A DNA stretch of 64,000 bases from an uncultured Thermoleophilia bacterium (GTDB lineage Bacteria; Actinomycetota; Thermoleophilia; UBA2241). The notes below the pieces were generated by a model, which saw only the letters and a list, made by a program, of their open reading frames with translations, was not told the origin of the DNA and made no database searches. This document shows, in pieces, positions 61,716 through 64,000 of the stretch. The stretch covers positions 128,001-192,000 of the forward strand of contig CAVQSP010000011.1 in assembly GCA_963715985.1 (NCBI GenBank), read 5' to 3'. The translations under genes were made by a program, and so were the position numbers. Position 1 is the stretch's first letter. Each line of letters begins with the position of its first letter.

Positions 61716-63797
61716 TCAGGCGCGCTGCATCGGCACACGGGCAGCCACCACGGTGCCACCGCCGACCCTGGCTCGAAACTCCATGCTGCCTCCAGCGAGA
61801 GCGGCCTGCTCCTCCATCATAGCCAACCCGAAGTGCTGAGAGTCACTCGGTACCGGTAGATCCATGCCGATGCCATCATCCGCCACCGAGAGCACAAGCC
61901 ATGCCGTATCATCACGGGTCTCATTTCGAAGCGAGACCCAAATGTTGCGGGCCGCAGCGTGCCGCAGCGCGTTCACGAGTGCCTGGCGGGCGATCCTGTA
62001 CAGCGCACTGAGTCTCTCCGGTTCGAGATCGGGAACTCCTTCGAGAGTGCAGTCGACGCGAGACGGTCCCTCGTGATCTGCCCGGGCCGCTAGGGCCCTC
62101 AGAGCCGCCCCGAAGCCGAGCTGCTCCAGCTGCGGCGGCCTCAGGTCGGATATGACGACCCGCGCATCGTCGATTGCGCTACGAAGCACGCTCAGAGGAT
62201 GCTCCATGCTCGCCGAAGCCTCCGGACCCAGCGAGCCGCGCAAACCTTCGAGCTCGTAGAGCACGCCAATCACCGACTGCAGAACGTCGTCGTGCAGTAT
62301 GGTAGCTGCCTCCCGACGCTCATGCTCACGCACCCGGGCGATCCGCTCGACCAGGCCCTCAATGCTGGCGCGACTCTCCGTGAGATCCTTGAAGAGCCTC
62401 GCATTGAAGATCGCCACGGCCGCCTGCTCAGCCACATCCTCGGCCAACGCAAGGTCATTCTGAGCAATGTGCCCCGGCGGCTCCGACGTAAAGAGCAGCA
62501 AAGACCCGACCAGTTCGTTCTGCGCGACCATGGGGAGCAGCACCGCTGATTCCATGTAGATCTTCGAGCGGAAGCCGGGGCTGATCTGCGCACTGTAGAT
62601 CAGTTCGTCAATCGCCAGCTCCAGGTATCCGCCGGCCAGTGACTTGACATCCTGGAAGCGAAGACGAAGGCCGACCAGTTCGTCGTCCGGCTCTGAGGAA
62701 GCCACGGCAACGAAGTCTCGGCTGTCCGAATCAAGCTCGAGAAGGAGGCAGCGACTGCCTGCTATCAGCCTCGTGGCGTTACGCGCGATCTGCTTGAACG
62801 TGTGGTCAAGGTCAAGACTCCTGGAGATGGCACGCGAGACTGCATATGCGGTCCCAAGGACTGCACTGCTCTGCTGGCTGCGCGCGGAGAGGTCTTCGAT
62901 GCGTGCAAAGACCCCAAGAAGTCGGGCGGCCGTAAGTAGACTCTGCCGCTGTTCCGTGGACAGACCACCGGGCACGCGCCGACTCATGGTGAGCACCCCG
63001 TTCACCGCGCCAGCCCACGAGGAGGGAACGAGGATGATCTGGCGCGCTCCGCGGCACGAGACGGCTCTCAACGCCTCGTCACCGCCGTTGTCGTATAGCT
63101 CGAGTATGCGATTGCCCTGTACAGGTCGATAGACCTCCCGGAGGAGGTCGATATCGGGGTAGGGAAAGCCTCGTTTCCTCGTCTTCCCGTAGGCCGCAAG
63201 CAGCTCCCCTCGCTGGCGGTCGGGCGTCAGAAAGAACCCGCCGGCTTCCATCCCGATACTTCGCATGATCCATGGCAGGCTGTCAGTTAGTCCTTCGCCC
63301 AGGTCCGAGCGCGCGCCAAGGAGATCCAGGAGCAAGTCCAGCAGTCCCGTACGCTCCTGGAGGGAGATTCTGTCCTGCAGATCCAAGCGACCGACGCTGG
63401 CTGCGGCAGGCTCAAGCACGAGGCGCCACGTTCCATCGTCGAGTGGACTGAGGGCTGCGAGGAGCATCACGCCGACGCCGGCCGGCCCACGCAGCGCGAA
63501 GCTGCCCGAGGAGGCCGCGCCAGCATCCAATGTGCGTGCAAGGAACTGACGCAGTGCGACAGACCAAGTTGCGACCTGATCGGTGATCAATCGATTGGGC
63601 TGGACAGGAGGCAGAGGCGGCACAATGCCTCGCACGGCCCGCACGACGCCGACTCCATCAAGCACGATCTCAAGCCGGCCGGACTTCGCGGAGGTGCTTC
63701 CCTGATCAGGCCGATCCTGGGTCGGGGGGAAGGGACTCTCTGACTCAGGGCTCACGGCACAGCCCCACCTGTGGGAATCGCAGTGAAACGCTTCCAA
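61716..63797 (-). CDS. cytoplasmic GAF-domain sensor histidine kinase (HisKA_3 type; start uncertain)
   Basis: Two GAF-like regions, ERR...LHDDVLQ, NALRHA, DDGIG, FGL..M. Confidence 0.88.
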   Translation of the reverse strand: MEAFHCDSHRWGCAVSPESESPFPPTQDRPDQGSTSAKSGRLEIVLDGVGVVRAVRGIVPPLPPVQPNRLITDQVATWSVALRQFLARTLDAGAASSGSFALRGPAGVGVMLLAALSPLDDGTWRLVLEPAAASVGRLDLQDRISLQERTGLLDLLLDLLGARSDLGEGLTDSLPWIMRSIGMEAGGFFLTPDRQRGELLAAYGKTRKRGFPYPDIDLLREVYRPVQGNRILELYDNGGDEALRAVSCRGARQIILVPSSWAGAVNGVLTMSRRVPGGLSTEQRQSLLTAARLLGVFARIEDLSARSQQSSAVLGTAYAVSRAISRSLDLDHTFKQIARNATRLIAGSRCLLLELDSDSRDFVAVASSEPDDELVGLRLRFQDVKSLAGGYLELAIDELIYSAQISPGFRSKIYMESAVLLPMVAQNELVGSLLLFTSEPPGHIAQNDLALAEDVAEQAAVAIFNARLFKDLTESRASIEGLVERIARVREHERREAATILHDDVLQSVIGVLYELEGLRGSLGPEASASMEHPLSVLRSAIDDARVVISDLRPPQLEQLGFGAALRALAARADHEGPSRVDCTLEGVPDLEPERLSALYRIARQALVNALRHAAARNIWVSLRNETRDDTAWLVLSVADDGIGMDLPVPSDSQHFGLAMMEEQAALAGGSMEFRARVGGGTVVAARVPMQRA

Positions 63798-64000
63798 TTG
63801 CGCAGCTACTCATCGCCGTCCTCAGGGAGACGCCGCACGTAGCGGCTCGAGTCCTGGTCGCAGGCGCCGGCACCACTTATGAGGACGGGCGGAATACCCC
63901 GCCAATCCTAGGCTCACCGTGCGGTCTCTGGGTGGCCGGCGCGCAAGGAGGATCCTGCCGCCCTTCCTCAGGATTGCCGCCGAAACGACGGTCACCGGCT

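Overview
High-GC bacterial chromosome segment; the backbone looks actinobacterial (Thermoleophilia-like is my inference) and the organism looks anaerobic. It holds five tRNAs: all four Ser isoacceptors plus Arg-ACG. Three of them appear to be integration sites. (1) tRNA-Ser(TGA) carries a ~9 kb island (52-bp direct repeat, truncated tyrosine integrase) with one giant multi-domain surface protein. (2) tRNA-Arg carries a ~2.5 kb integrase-less mini-island (45-bp direct repeat), followed by an extended arsenic-resistance/redox region (2x ArsR, ArsM, Acr3, ArsP-like permease, thioredoxin-like proteins, ferredoxin, radical SAM). (3) tRNA-Ser(CGA) is followed by a visibly less GC-rich block running to the window end. 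The backbone carries glnA, a complete carbonyl-branch Wood-Ljungdahl cluster (HMA-like protein, CODH, acsB, acsD, acsC, acsV, cooC, acsE), an ADP-forming acyl-CoA ligase, peptidases and tadA. The best candidate for an undescribed system is in block 3: a pyrrolysine-free MtmB-family methyltransferase with a remodelled active site, its corrinoid protein, an APC permease, a Liv-type ABC transporter and a GAF kinase/LuxR pair. This is probably a methyl-harvesting module for an unknown substrate that feeds the Wood-Ljungdahl pathway. Many conserved genes carry small indels that look like long-read assembly errors, so several ORF-track boundaries were corrected by hand. All family assignments come from motif recognition, not database searches.
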